From an uncultured Muribaculaceae bacterium (lineage in GTDB: Bacteria; Bacillota_I; Bacilli_A; RF39; UBA660): DNA of 63,039 nt. The translations under genes and the position numbers were made by a program. Each line of letters opens with the position of its first letter. Positions within the stretch are counted from its first letter, which is position 1. This document shows, piece after piece, positions 19,308 to 28,268 of this stretch. The notes under the pieces are model-generated. The model was not told the origin of the DNA, did not search any database, and worked only from the letters and a program-made list of their open reading frames with translations. Where the stretch lies: positions 1 through 63,039 of the forward strand of contig CAZJSD010000002.1 in NCBI GenBank assembly GCA_964548815.1. Reading direction: 5' to 3'.

Positions 19308-20789
19308 TTATAAATAAACTCTATAGATAGATATTAACGCAACTATATTAAACATTATCACTATCATTAATGAACAAAAATTAATCTTTTCTTCATCATT
19401 CTTAGTCATAAATAGTAATGATACTATTGGTATCAATGGAATAAAGTATCTACCTTGAATTCCATCAACAAAATGAGCACGTAGTTCAGTCCATTGTAGA
19501 TACAAAGAAGTAAAAATCAATAGCGTTGTTCCTATCAATATTAAGAAACTAAAAATTTTCTCATAATTATTTAATAGGAAAACTTTTCTATTATTTTTAA
19601 CGACCATATATAATAACATGATTAGACTTACTGCAGCAAAAATATATGACGTGTTAACAGTCCAAGCCCCTAACGAATAACCAATCATTTGTTCTGAATA
19701 GGTAAATAAGAATTTGTCAACTGTATTAAATAATATTAATACATATTCTAATGGATTTGAGATAATATACATCAATTGATCACTTGAATTAGATTTTCTT
19801 GAACTCATAAATTGATCCAAATATGGTGCAGAAATTTTTAACCATATCATGTTAAATAAAATGGAAACAAAAAGAACAAAGCAACAATAAATAATTTTTT
19901 GCTTTTTGCTTTTAAAACAACTTGTTGGAATTAATAATATTAAGAAACATAATGGTAAATATACAATTTTACTTAGTGATATAAAAAGTAATAATAAAGA
20001 TAAAATTATATAGTGTCTTTTAGTAAACTTTATTTCTTTTATTTTTGACCACATTGTAAATGCAAAAAGTGAAAATGTTGCCCAAATAGTCATTGAATCA
20101 GCCGATAACGATGTTGCCTCTTGCATAGATATAGGTAGTAAGCTCATAAAAAATATTAATTCTTTTTTTACCGGAATATACTTAATTGCAAGATAAATAG
20201 CTAATACATAGAATGAAAAATTAAATATTTTCCCTAATAATATTTGAAAAACAATTGGTAATTTTAATATGTTTGCTATTCCTACTCCTATTGCTTGAGG
20301 AATATAACAAACGAATGAATACAAAGATTTATTTGTATATGTATAAAGCTTTTTCTTTCCTTCCAATTTCATATTCATATTACTTATTACATCAGAATAA
20401 CTTTTTGAACTATATACCTTTTCTACATTCACTGAATATGATCTTCCATAAACCTTATCCTTTTTTGGAGTAGTTAAATGAAATTCTGATACTTCAAGTG
20501 ACCTAAAATAATCTGATGAATCATCTGGTAATTGTGATGGTGGAAAACCAAAAATATAAAAAATACCAAAAGTTATTGAAAATATTAAAAACAATGTTTC
20601 TATTTTTAACCTGCTAAATTTAGAAATTAAAAAATAACCCAATAATAATAGTGCAAAAAATACAATTGATAAAAGTATTATCATACCCTTACCTGTTTTT
20701 ATATTACTAATTCTACATACAAAAAATAAAAACGTAATAATTGCTAAAATTATATAAGTAATTTTCGTTTTATCAATTTTTTTAATCAT
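19308..20789 (-). CDS. Large polytopic membrane protein (GT-C/DUF2142-like candidate)
   Basis: About 493 aa with more than 10 TM helices, immediately downstream of the GtrB-like gene. The start is placed at MIKKIDK (AGGAGA 7 nt upstream). A TGtTATAAT element lies just upstream. Confidence 0.5.
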   Translation of the reverse strand: MIKKIDKTKITYIILAIITFLFFVCRISNIKTGKGMIILLSIVFFALLLLGYFLISKFSRLKIETLFLIFSITFGIFYIFGFPPSQLPDDSSDYFRSLEVSEFHLTTPKKDKVYGRSYSVNVEKVYSSKSYSDVISNMNMKLEGKKKLYTYTNKSLYSFVCYIPQAIGVGIANILKLPIVFQILLGKIFNFSFYVLAIYLAIKYIPVKKELIFFMSLLPISMQEATSLSADSMTIWATFSLFAFTMWSKIKEIKFTKRHYIILSLLLLFISLSKIVYLPLCFLILLIPTSCFKSKKQKIIYCCFVLFVSILFNMIWLKISAPYLDQFMSSRKSNSSDQLMYIISNPLEYVLILFNTVDKFLFTYSEQMIGYSLGAWTVNTSYIFAAVSLIMLLYMVVKNNRKVFLLNNYEKIFSFLILIGTTLLIFTSLYLQWTELRAHFVDGIQGRYFIPLIPIVSLLFMTKNDEEKINFCSLMIVIMFNIVALISIYRVYL

Positions 20790-20886
20790 TATATCATCTC
20801 CTAATGCTTTAATCATTTTAATTATAACATTTACGCAATAATAAAAAAAGAATTTAATCCTTTTTTTTATTATTATATTTTCACTA

Positions 20887-22095
20887 CTACCTTTTTTTCT
20901 TTCTTTTTAATGAATCTTTAATAGTTCTAATAGGCTTAGTTATTTTCCATGAATTGCTATTAATTATTTCATTTATTCGTTTTTTTAAACTATTATTTTC
21001 AGAAATTAAAGAATTATTATCTGCTATTAAAGAACCATTTTTATCAATCAAATTATAAATCAAAGTATCTACTTGATTTGAATTCAATATTTCAACATCA
21101 AACGATATATTTATGTCTTGATTTTTCTTTATTGTTTTACTTATTATTATTGATGGAAATTCAGAATAATAATAATCTCCATCATCAAAACAAGCACCAT
21201 TTATAATATGATAATTTATAGTTTTATTATTTAATTTGATATTATTTACCTTAATCATACCAAATTTTCCAAATACAAATTTAAACAATTTTGTATCACA
21301 AGGAGATTTTACACTCGCCACAAAATGATTATTCTTCTTTTTATACTTGCCTACTATATCATAATCATAATTCATATTTTCAACATTTGTATCATCTCCA
21401 AAATAGAATCTATAATTATCTAATTGATTTATTCTTTTGTGTGGTACATTTATAAAATATTCATTATCAAAAACATTCATATCTAGTAATTTATATTTTA
21501 GTTTTGTTTGATATGCGCAAAAGCAAAAAGATAATTGATCTCTACAACTATAATCCATGACCATATCAAACCATAATTTACATGTCTCTTTTACCTTTTC
21601 GCTTTTTAAATTCTTTGCAAAAATAGTATTTTCCATTAAACCATTATGTTCTGGATAATTCTTAGATTTAATATAATCCATTTCTTTTATAATTTGTTTT
21701 TTTTCTTCTTTCATGTATTTTAAACATGCTTTCCCCTCAACATAGATACAATCACGCATACTATGTCTAAAACCAATCAAATCATATTTATCAAAATCAC
21801 AACAATTCTTAATAAACTCAGTTATTGGTTTTCTTAATGAAATAGAACCATCAATATATACCGAATAATCATAATTATTATTTATTAATTCATGACCTAA
21901 TATTTTTATTTTTCGATTTAATCTTATATTATCCAAACCATCGTTTTCTATATATACTACTTTCCAAAAATCAGACTTTAATTCCTTATTATTTGTAAAA
22001 AGAATATAATCTATATTTTTTTCTTTAAACTCCTTAAATTCTTTTACATCATCATATGAACCTGTTATACAAGTATAAACGCATACTTTCTTCAT
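20887..22095 (-). CDS. DUF616/TOD1-like putative glycosyltransferase
   Basis: The N-terminal VCVYTCITGSYDD motif resembles the DUF616 family. The C-terminal coiled-coil ends in SWKITKPIR, as seen in several polysaccharide GTs. Confidence 0.5.
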   Translation of the reverse strand: MKKVCVYTCITGSYDDVKEFKEFKEKNIDYILFTNNKELKSDFWKVVYIENDGLDNIRLNRKIKILGHELINNNYDYSVYIDGSISLRKPITEFIKNCCDFDKYDLIGFRHSMRDCIYVEGKACLKYMKEEKKQIIKEMDYIKSKNYPEHNGLMENTIFAKNLKSEKVKETCKLWFDMVMDYSCRDQLSFCFCAYQTKLKYKLLDMNVFDNEYFINVPHKRINQLDNYRFYFGDDTNVENMNYDYDIVGKYKKKNNHFVASVKSPCDTKLFKFVFGKFGMIKVNNIKLNNKTINYHIINGACFDDGDYYYSEFPSIIISKTIKKNQDINISFDVEILNSNQVDTLIYNLIDKNGSLIADNNSLISENNSLKKRINEIINSNSWKITKPIRTIKDSLKRKKKR

Positions 22096-22107
22096 AAAAA
22101 ACTCCTA

Positions 22108-23937
22108 CTAAAAACTTATTTTAAACATGTTAACATCAACATTGCCATTTATCCCGTTTATTCTTCCATCAGAGCAATATTGCCAACCAACATAATTTCC
22201 TTCATATTGGTTTCTCTTATAGTATTGTGCAACCCATATTGGATATTGCTTTATACTATCACTATTTAATCTTCCATATTCAAAATATGAAATACTTCCA
22301 TACACACCAACATTTTTATATCCATAATTATGCATTGTTTCCACAAACGTTGGTATTACTAAACTATATGTTGATACTGGAATTGGTTCTTCAGCATCAT
22401 AGAAAACATAAGTATTCTTTGGAATTCCATATTTTTCCATCATTTCTTTTACAAATTTAGCTTCGTTTCTTGCTGAAAAGTCATATTCAGCATAGCCATA
22501 TATATAAAGAGCGTATGGTATATTTAATCTTTTTACTTCACTTATATTATAAGCAAATTTAGAATCAGTACCTGGTGCGTCATATGAAGTCATTCCCCAG
22601 CCGACTCTTATAATAGCTCCATCTACTCCATCATTTTTTACTTGTTCCCAGTTAATAGTATCTTGCCATGATGAAACATCTATTACTTTTTTTACATCTT
22701 CACCCATCATTTCTCCATCTTGGTTAAAGAAATATTTTTTCCCTGTAATGATCTTCCAACCTGTTGCTTTTGAACCATCTTCCAAAATATAACTATTTCC
22801 TTGCCAACCAGATTTTAAGGAGCAATCTTCATTAAATCTATATAATAACCCATCAATTGTCTGATCAGTATTTACTAATTGACCATCTGAATTAGCATAA
22901 TATGTTTTGTTATTATGTTTAATCCATCCAGTTTTTCTTTCAAAACTACTTGGATCAAAATAATACTTTCTACCTTCTATTTCTTGTATATATCTTTGTA
23001 ATATACCATTGTTATTAGCATAGTATATTTTTCCTTTATATTCAAACAGTCCAGTTTTAAGCTCTCCTTCTTCATTTGTTACTAATGCATCACCCCAATT
23101 ATCTATCCAACCTTTTCTCATATAATATGTTGTTTTTCCAAAAAAGTATTTCTTTCCATCTATTTCTTGTACTTCATTTTGTAATACTCCATTATCATTG
23201 GCATAATATGTTTTGCCGTCATACTCAAATAAACCTGTATATACTTCACCATTTTCATTTGTTACTAATGCATCACCCCAATTATCTATCCAACCTTTTC
23301 TCATATAATATGTTGTTTTTCCAAAAAAGTATTTCTTTCCATCTATTTCTTGTACTTCATTTTGTAATACTCCATTATCATTGGCATAATATGTTTTCCC
23401 TTCGTAATCAAATAAACCTGTATATACTTCACCATTTTCATTTGTTACTATCATATCACCCCAGTCATTAATCATGCCTTTCCACATATAATATGTAGTT
23501 CTTCCAAAAAAGTATTTCTTTCCATTTACTTCTTGTACTCTATTTTGTAATACTCCATTATCATTGGCATAATATGTTTTCCCTTCATAATCAAATAAAC
23601 CTGTATATACTTCACCATTTTCATTTGTTACTATCATATCACCCCAGTCATTAATCATGCCTTTCCACATATAATATGTAGTTCTTCCAAAAAAGTATTT
23701 CTTTCCATTTACTTCTTGTACTCTATTTTGTAATACTCCATTATCATTGGCATAATATGTTTTCCCTTTATAATTAAACAAACCTGTTTTAAGTATTCCT
23801 TCTTCATATATATATTTATTACCATCTTTTTCCACTATTTCGGCATTAACATTGCTTATATTAAAAGCAAAAGTAATTATTACAATGAATACAATTATTA
23901 AAAGATTCTTTTTTAAACTCCTTTTCATATTTTTCAC
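22108..23937 (-). CDS. Secreted GH25 muramidase with N-terminal cell-wall-binding repeats
   Basis: Signal peptide, then five 61-aa units containing GLF-Y-GKTYYAN-NGVLQ type repeats. The C-terminal IDVSSWQDTINWEQVKNDGVDGAIIRVG is the GH25 N-terminal signature. Confidence 0.8.
   Translation of the reverse strand: MKNMKRSLKKNLLIIVFIVIITFAFNISNVNAEIVEKDGNKYIYEEGILKTGLFNYKGKTYYANDNGVLQNRVQEVNGKKYFFGRTTYYMWKGMINDWGDMIVTNENGEVYTGLFDYEGKTYYANDNGVLQNRVQEVNGKKYFFGRTTYYMWKGMINDWGDMIVTNENGEVYTGLFDYEGKTYYANDNGVLQNEVQEIDGKKYFFGKTTYYMRKGWIDNWGDALVTNENGEVYTGLFEYDGKTYYANDNGVLQNEVQEIDGKKYFFGKTTYYMRKGWIDNWGDALVTNEEGELKTGLFEYKGKIYYANNNGILQRYIQEIEGRKYYFDPSSFERKTGWIKHNNKTYYANSDGQLVNTDQTIDGLLYRFNEDCSLKSGWQGNSYILEDGSKATGWKIITGKKYFFNQDGEMMGEDVKKVIDVSSWQDTINWEQVKNDGVDGAIIRVGWGMTSYDAPGTDSKFAYNISEVKRLNIPYALYIYGYAEYDFSARNEAKFVKEMMEKYGIPKNTYVFYDAEEPIPVSTYSLVIPTFVETMHNYGYKNVGVYGSISYFEYGRLNSDSIKQYPIWVAQYYKRNQYEGNYVGWQYCSDGRINGINGNVDVNMFKISF
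23076..23807. repeat. Four tandem 183-bp repeats (two near-identical A units, two near-identical B units) inside the GH25 gene
   Basis: Units start at 23076, 23259, 23442 and 23625. A more diverged fifth unit lies at about 22893..23075. Confidence 0.9.
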
Positions 23938-23943
23938 TCCTCT

Positions 23944-24435
23944 CTACTTTACAATTACTCTTCTAATAGCAATTGATTTCCCATATGAATAGATAACCCT
24001 ATATTCGCCCTTTTTATCAATATTAACATTATTTTCAATAGTTATTTTATCACTAACATCATTACCATTTGAATCAATTGCTTTAACGCCAGGTTCATTA
24101 TACTTTTCACCTTGCTTAATTTCGACTTCTTCATCTCCTATTAATTCTATATTAATAGTAACATTACCTTCTTTTTCATTTTTGTTTTCCTCTTCTTCTG
24201 TTTGAGCTGGTCCTGAAGAGTTTTCTTTTGATTCTTTTTTATCATCTTTTTTTGAAATATTTTCCTCTACATCTTTTTTTTCATCTATATGCTTTTCGTT
24301 TATATTAGTATTTTTATTTTTATTATCATTATTGCTGCCAATCACATTATATTTAAATAATAATATAACAATTATCAATAAAATTAAGATAATTGAAAGG
24401 ACATATAATAACACTCTAAATTTGTTCCTTTTCAT
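23944..24435 (-). CDS. Membrane-anchored protein with C-terminal Ig-like (DUF5011-like) domain
   Basis: Start placed at MKRNKF (GGGTGA SD 6 nt upstream). TM helix, K/E/N-rich linker, then the IKQGEKYNEPGVKAIDSNGNDVSDKITI pattern. Confidence 0.55.
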   Translation of the reverse strand: MKRNKFRVLLYVLSIILILLIIVILLFKYNVIGSNNDNKNKNTNINEKHIDEKKDVEENISKKDDKKESKENSSGPAQTEEEENKNEKEGNVTINIELIGDEEVEIKQGEKYNEPGVKAIDSNGNDVSDKITIENNVNIDKKGEYRVIYSYGKSIAIRRVIVK

Positions 24436-24546
24436 TATATTCACCCACTTTAATTCTAACATAATTAAATTAAAATAACAAACATACAATATTATTTTTT
24501 GTTATAACTAAAAAAAAATTACAAAAAATGTAATCTTTCTGTAAAA

Positions 24547-25464
24547 TCATTTCCTTTTTTTAGGTAATTTTATAAGTTTTCCAAATCTAGTTTCCCATTT
24601 ATCAGGATGAATTTTAAGATAACCAGCCATATCATATAACGTTATTTCACCAAAATATACTTCCCCATTTACTTCATAAAAATCTACTCTCATATGTGGG
24701 AATCCCTTGGAAAGTTTTTCCGCAAAAGTTCTCATTAGTTCATAATTAACTGGTTTATGTGGAACTTTTTTATTGTTAGGATGCCATTCATTTGTCCATT
24801 TAAGATGCTTAAATTTATCATTGAAATAATCAAAATTTAATTCCTCTGTCTTACTTTGTCTATTAGTTGCTAATAATGTTGCTGCAACATAACCATCAAA
24901 AGAATATAATTTATAATCTCTTAGCTCCTTATCTACATTGTCTTCCATATACTTTTCAATTAAGATTCTTGGTTTAACATTTTTATATGGCCATTCACGT
25001 GATTGATAGAAAAAATTATTTTTTAATGATTTTTCAATTTTTTCCTTAATCATCTCTTTATCTATTTTACCGTCTTTAATTACAAAAACACTTCCTGAAT
25101 CATGAGTTGTTTTAATGACATATGATTTTGGTAACTTTTTAAAATCTATATCTTCCCATTTATCATAAATTCCTATTGTTGGAATTATATGCTTTTCTCC
25201 AATTATTTTTCCAACATATTCTTTTGCTTCATATTTATCTACCATAGTAGTATATAATGGATTTCTATCATATAACTTTAACCATTGTAATTTTTCGTCA
25301 AATGTTATTGGATTTTTTAAATCTAATTTATATCCCATTTCATTATAAAATTGAAATTTTATAAATATTTTATCAGGTAATCTTAATATCCCTTTTTCAT
25401 CTAATTTAAGAAAAAACTTAGATGGATGTTTTACGTATTTTAGTATTCTGTTATAATTAATCAT
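24547..25464 (-). CDS. TupA-like ATP-grasp family protein
   Basis: The block NPITFDEKLQWLKLYDRNPLYTTMVDKYEAKEYV matches the characteristic N-terminal region of the TupA-like ATP-grasp family (teichuronopeptide biosynthesis). Confidence 0.65.
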   Translation of the reverse strand: MINYNRILKYVKHPSKFFLKLDEKGILRLPDKIFIKFQFYNEMGYKLDLKNPITFDEKLQWLKLYDRNPLYTTMVDKYEAKEYVGKIIGEKHIIPTIGIYDKWEDIDFKKLPKSYVIKTTHDSGSVFVIKDGKIDKEMIKEKIEKSLKNNFFYQSREWPYKNVKPRILIEKYMEDNVDKELRDYKLYSFDGYVAATLLATNRQSKTEELNFDYFNDKFKHLKWTNEWHPNNKKVPHKPVNYELMRTFAEKLSKGFPHMRVDFYEVNGEVYFGEITLYDMAGYLKIHPDKWETRFGKLIKLPKKRK

Positions 25465-25483
25465 TTTCTTATCCTCCTAAAAA

Positions 25484-26536
25484 TCACTTTTTATCAATAT
25501 AGTATTGCTTATACCATTCTGCAAAATTTCTTAAGCCGTCTCTTAAACTTGTATTTGGTTTATAATCAAAATCTTTTTCTAGTGCAGAAGTGTCCGCATA
25601 TGTAACTTCTACATCACCTGGTTGCATTGCCACTAATTCTTTATGTGATTCAAAATCATAATCTTTTGGTAATACTTTCGCTTTAATTAATTCTTCCTGT
25701 AATATATTAACAAAATCTAATAAATTTTCTGGATTTGAATTACCTATGTTATATACTGCATATGGTGGAATTGGAAGACCATCTTCACCATTCTTTTTTT
25801 CAGGTGCGCCCATCATAACTCTTATTATTCCTTCAACTATATCATCTATATAAGTAAAGTCTCTTTTACAATTGCCAAAGTTATATATCTTGATTGTATC
25901 TCCATTTATTAATTTATTAGTAAAACTAAAATATGCCATATCTGGTCTACCTGCAGGTCCATATACTGTAAAAAATCTAAGACCAGTAGAAGGAATGTTG
26001 TATAGTTTTGAATATGCATGAGAAAGTAATTCATCACTCTTTTTTGTTGCGGCATATAAACTTACTGGAGTATCAACTTTATCGTCTACATTAAATGGTA
26101 CTTTAGTATTACCTCCATAAACAGATGATGAAGATGCATATACTAAATGTTCTACTGGATTATGTCTACATGCCTCTAGTATATTATAAAAACCAATTAT
26201 ATTTGATTCTATATAAGTATCAGGATGATCTATTGAATATCTAACTCCCGCTTGAGCAGCTAAATTAACTACTATTTGAGGTTTATATTCATTAAATATA
26301 TTATTTATTAATGTTTTATCCGCAAGATTTCCTTTGATAAATTTAAAATTTTCATAATTTAATAATTTATTTAATCTATATTCTTTTAATTTAACATCAT
26401 AATAATCATTCATATTATCTAAACCAATTATTTTAGAATTAGTTTCATTTAAAAGTCTCATACATAAATTACTTCCAATAAATCCAGATGAACCTGTTAC
26501 TAATATAGTTTTATTATTTAAATCTATTTTATTCAT
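25484..26536 (-). CDS. NAD-dependent epimerase, UDP-glucuronate 4-epimerase-like
   Basis: VTGSSGFIGSNL Rossmann motif, YAATK catalytic motif, and the YYDVKLKEYRL block typical of the Cap1J/UDP-GlcA epimerase group. The alternative start is at 26554. Confidence 0.7.
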   Translation of the reverse strand: MNKIDLNNKTILVTGSSGFIGSNLCMRLLNETNSKIIGLDNMNDYYDVKLKEYRLNKLLNYENFKFIKGNLADKTLINNIFNEYKPQIVVNLAAQAGVRYSIDHPDTYIESNIIGFYNILEACRHNPVEHLVYASSSSVYGGNTKVPFNVDDKVDTPVSLYAATKKSDELLSHAYSKLYNIPSTGLRFFTVYGPAGRPDMAYFSFTNKLINGDTIKIYNFGNCKRDFTYIDDIVEGIIRVMMGAPEKKNGEDGLPIPPYAVYNIGNSNPENLLDFVNILQEELIKAKVLPKDYDFESHKELVAMQPGDVEVTYADTSALEKDFDYKPNTSLRDGLRNFAEWYKQYYIDKK

Positions 26537-26571
26537 ATACCATATACCCTCCATAATAATATTATCTTATC

Positions 26572-26608
26572 ATAAAAAAATAAAGTAAACAATATTTACT
26601 TTATTTTG
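26572..26608 (-). terminator. Terminator after the second GH25 gene
   Basis: AAAGUAAA-UAUUG-UUUACUUU hairpin followed by AUUUUUUU on the minus strand. Confidence 0.5.
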
Positions 26609-26619
26609 ATATCATCTTT

Positions 26620-28176
26620 TTAATAAAAAATATTCAAATCTACTCTTCCTTCTATTCCAGGAACATATCCATCAGATGTATATTGCCATCCTATATAATC
26701 ATTATCATATTCACATCTAGTATAGTACTGCGCAACCCACTTAGGTATTTTCTTTTGTAAAGAACTAAGTCCGCCACTAGTAAGCATAGACAAATTTCCA
26801 TATACTCCTACATTATCATAACCTAATTCATTAAGGGTAGATATATATTTATTAATAACTCTTTTATATAAAGCTTTAGTATATTTAACTCCATTAAACT
26901 CTGTAAGTTCTGCATCATAAAATATTGGGTATGATAAATTAACACTATATTTTTTTATCATTTCATCAGTAAAACTAGCTTCTATTATAGCGGCTTCTTC
27001 TGTTTGAGCATATCCAAATATATATATTCCATATGGAATACCTAATCTATTTAATTCACTTATATTTCTTTCAAATTTATTATCTAATACTGGACTATCA
27101 TTATTTGTTGTACCATAACCAACTCTAACAATGACACCATCTACTAGACCAGATTCCTTTAACATATCAAAATTAATATCTCCTTGCCAAGAAGAAATAT
27201 CAATAATAGATTTTACATCTTTTTTCATTAATACTCCCGTCTCAAAATCAAAGTAATATCTTATTCCATCTATTAATTGTAAGCCTAATAGTTTATTACT
27301 ATTTTCATCCAAAAAATAAGTATTTCCATCTATTACTTGAAACCCATTTTGAAGTATTCCTTCTTCATTAAATACATATATTCTTCCATTTATTTCTCTT
27401 TGCCCAGTCACTATTACTCCATCTTCATCTAAGTAATAATTATCATAAAAACTATTTCTAATTAAGTGTCCTTCTTCATCAAAATAGTATTTCTTATCAT
27501 CTATTTCTTTTATACCTTTCACTATTCCTTCTTTAGAAAAGTAATATGTATTACTATCTATATCTTTAAATCCAGTATATAGTTTACCAGAACCATCATA
27601 ATAACAGTTTTCTATTATTATATCTTTTTGTAATATACCTTCTTCATTAAAATAATAAATATCATTTTCTATTTCTTTATTACCTACTACATATCCTTCA
27701 TTTTCAAAATAATAAGTATTATTATCAATATCATAAAAGCCTATAATTTGTTTACCATCTTCTCCATAATATTTTTTATCTATAAATAAACTTCTTTGCA
27801 TTACTCCTTCTTCATTAAAGAAATAATTATAACCATCTATTTCTTTTTCACCAATTACCCTTATATCATTTTCATAATAATACATTTTATTATCTTCTTC
27901 TATGAAACCATTTTTCTTAGGATTTTCTTCTTCATTAATAGGTTCATTAACTACTACTTCTTCTATTATAGGTTCTGCCTTTTCTTCTTTTTTTAATAAC
28001 CCATCAATATTATCTGTATCCTCAGTTATATATTTATAATTTTCTTTAGCGACTTTACTTACCTTACTTTTCTTTTCAACCTTTCTAGTAGATGCCTCTA
28101 TATCTACATCATCAAAAATAAATACACTTAAAATAGCTGTCACTAATATTAAAATAATAATCAATATTTTTTTCAT
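26620..28176 (-). CDS. Secreted GH25 muramidase with cell-wall-binding repeats (paralogue of 22108..23937)
   Basis: Signal peptide, about 8 degenerate YYF-x-EGI/V repeats, and C-terminal IDISSWQGDINFDMLKESGLVDGVIVRVG GH25 domain. Confidence 0.8.
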   Translation of the reverse strand: MKKILIIILILVTAILSVFIFDDVDIEASTRKVEKKSKVSKVAKENYKYITEDTDNIDGLLKKEEKAEPIIEEVVVNEPINEEENPKKNGFIEEDNKMYYYENDIRVIGEKEIDGYNYFFNEEGVMQRSLFIDKKYYGEDGKQIIGFYDIDNNTYYFENEGYVVGNKEIENDIYYFNEEGILQKDIIIENCYYDGSGKLYTGFKDIDSNTYYFSKEGIVKGIKEIDDKKYYFDEEGHLIRNSFYDNYYLDEDGVIVTGQREINGRIYVFNEEGILQNGFQVIDGNTYFLDENSNKLLGLQLIDGIRYYFDFETGVLMKKDVKSIIDISSWQGDINFDMLKESGLVDGVIVRVGYGTTNNDSPVLDNKFERNISELNRLGIPYGIYIFGYAQTEEAAIIEASFTDEMIKKYSVNLSYPIFYDAELTEFNGVKYTKALYKRVINKYISTLNELGYDNVGVYGNLSMLTSGGLSSLQKKIPKWVAQYYTRCEYDNDYIGWQYTSDGYVPGIEGRVDLNIFY

Positions 28177-28239
28177 ACCAAAACCTCCTTCAATAGTTAT
28201 ATTCTCTTTTGAAAAAGGTTTTTCCCCTATTTTTTATAA

Positions 28240-28268
28240 AAAAATTAAAAAAAGAGTTAAATTAACTC
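28240..28268 (-). terminator. Rho-independent terminator after leuS
   Basis: AAGAGUUAA-UUU-AACUCUU followed by UUUUUAAUUUUUU, directly after the stop. Confidence 0.65.

Noticed and set aside
23076-23471. 131-aa plus-strand ORF with internally repeated sequence.
   Set aside because: It is the antisense reading of the 183-bp tandem repeats of the GH25 gene. Its repetitiveness is inherited from those repeats and there is no independent coding signal.
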